From Anthoceros angustus (taxonomy: Eukaryota > Plantae > Anthocerotophyta): a stretch of DNA of 64,000 nucleotides. Positions 62,997 through 64,000 of the stretch are shown here, one piece after another. The stretch covers positions 496,001-560,000 of the forward strand of contig VJWM01000107.1 of the NCBI GenBank assembly GCA_010909165.1, read 5' to 3'. Both the position numbers and the translations under genes were made by a program. Position 1 is the first letter of the stretch. Each line of letters begins with the position of its first letter. The notes below the pieces were generated by a model, which saw nothing but the letters and a program-made list of their open reading frames with translations, made no database searches and was not told where the DNA came from.

Positions 62997-64000
62997 TTAG
63001 GATGGAGATCTGGTTTTGTGGATAAACTCGTCTCTCAACAGTTGGCGCATGATCTTGTTTGTCGCAGTGCGGGGAAAATCGGAAACGACAGCAAATCCTT
63101 CTGAATCGCTGAGGAGAACGCCTGTTTCAACACATCGACCTTGAGCTCTGGTCCAGGTTTCAGGACAGCTACCAGTAGCAGCTGGTCTGGACCTCCACCA
63201 GTAGCTGGCAGAGCGACGGCTGCTGTTTCCACCACTCTTTCATGGGATTTGTGGCAAACCCTCTCGATTTCCACAGAGCTCGTCTGAAGGATGGAAAAGC
63301 AGATAGGTCATGTATTGAAACCAACAATTTGGAGAGGATGGGTGGGTAAGAACGAGCCAAACCTTGATGCCTCCGAGGTTCACTGTGTCATCGGCACGGC
63401 CATGTGCCCTGTAGTATCCTCCAAAAAGCCGTTCCATTATGTCCCCATGCCTTCTCGGTCTCTGTTAGCAGCATTGTATGACGAGCATGATCAAGGAAGG
63501 GCAGGGAGCGTGCAATTCGCAAAGCAAATGACATTCCATACCTGCTCATGGAAGAATGGTATTCCGTTGTAATACACGGCGTCATGATCCCCATTTAATA
63601 TGACGGTAGACTCTCCCATGAAAGGGAGCAAAGCTATTTCTCCTATGCAGGATTCGTTGTCAGACTGAACACCAACCAGAGTCGTGTCGATCAGACATAG
63701 AGCTCCATGAACCACATCGCGCCTGGAAGGCTGGCCATTGACATAAGGACTTACATAAGGAACACCTTGCTCGTTCAAAATGACAAAAGAACGACCAAGG
63801 GAAGTAGTACTGAAAAGTGAAACCCCTTGGGGCTGTAGCAAACTCCCATGGACGTATGAACATCCCATCTCAGTACCAGACTTCCAGCAGTGGAGGGTAG
63901 TAACAGCGTCCACATAGCCACAAGGAATCATCTACGGTGGACGCCTCCCCTGTTGTGCACATGCTTCTGCAATCATTGTTGAGGGATGAGTTACTTAGGA
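62997..64000 (-). pseudogene. 3' part of an acyl-activating enzyme (AAE17/AAE18-like) with two frameshifts
   Basis: [59 protein letters not shown]; frame breaks near 63880 and 63090. Confidence 0.7.

Overview
Gene-dense eukaryotic nuclear DNA with short (mostly 80-120 nt) GT-AG introns. The gene content points to a non-seed land plant with flagellated sperm, most plausibly a hornwort (inference from a kinesin-9/KIF6, a DYW:KP-type PPR editing factor, and the compact layout). Genes, left to right: FAM184-like coiled-coil gene (-, 3' end outside window), intronless KIF6-like kinesin, GH28 polygalacturonase, PTC52/PAO-family Rieske oxygenase, peroxisomal ABCD (COMATOSE-like) transporter, Methyltransf_29-type methyltransferase, then an accessory block (about 23-47 kb). 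That block holds a tandem array of divergent BTB/POZ-like genes (3 intact, 2 relics), a 6.2-kb CACTA element with TIRs and a TGA target-site duplication nested inside an older degenerate ORF, three closely spaced pre-miRNA-like hairpins, PPR and LINE relics, and a PLS-E-DYW:KP PPR gene carrying an N-terminal OSB-type PDF motif. The window ends with an inositol transporter, histone H4, a thrombospondin type-1 (TSP1) domain single-pass membrane protein, NAA35/MAK10, coatomer zeta and a frameshifted AAE17/18 3' end. The best candidates for novelty are the PDF-motif/DYW:KP fusion, the hairpin (MIRNA-like) cluster, and the plant TSP1 membrane protein. Several frameshifts and tandem duplications may be assembly artefacts. 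All family calls come from motif recognition by eye, not database searches.
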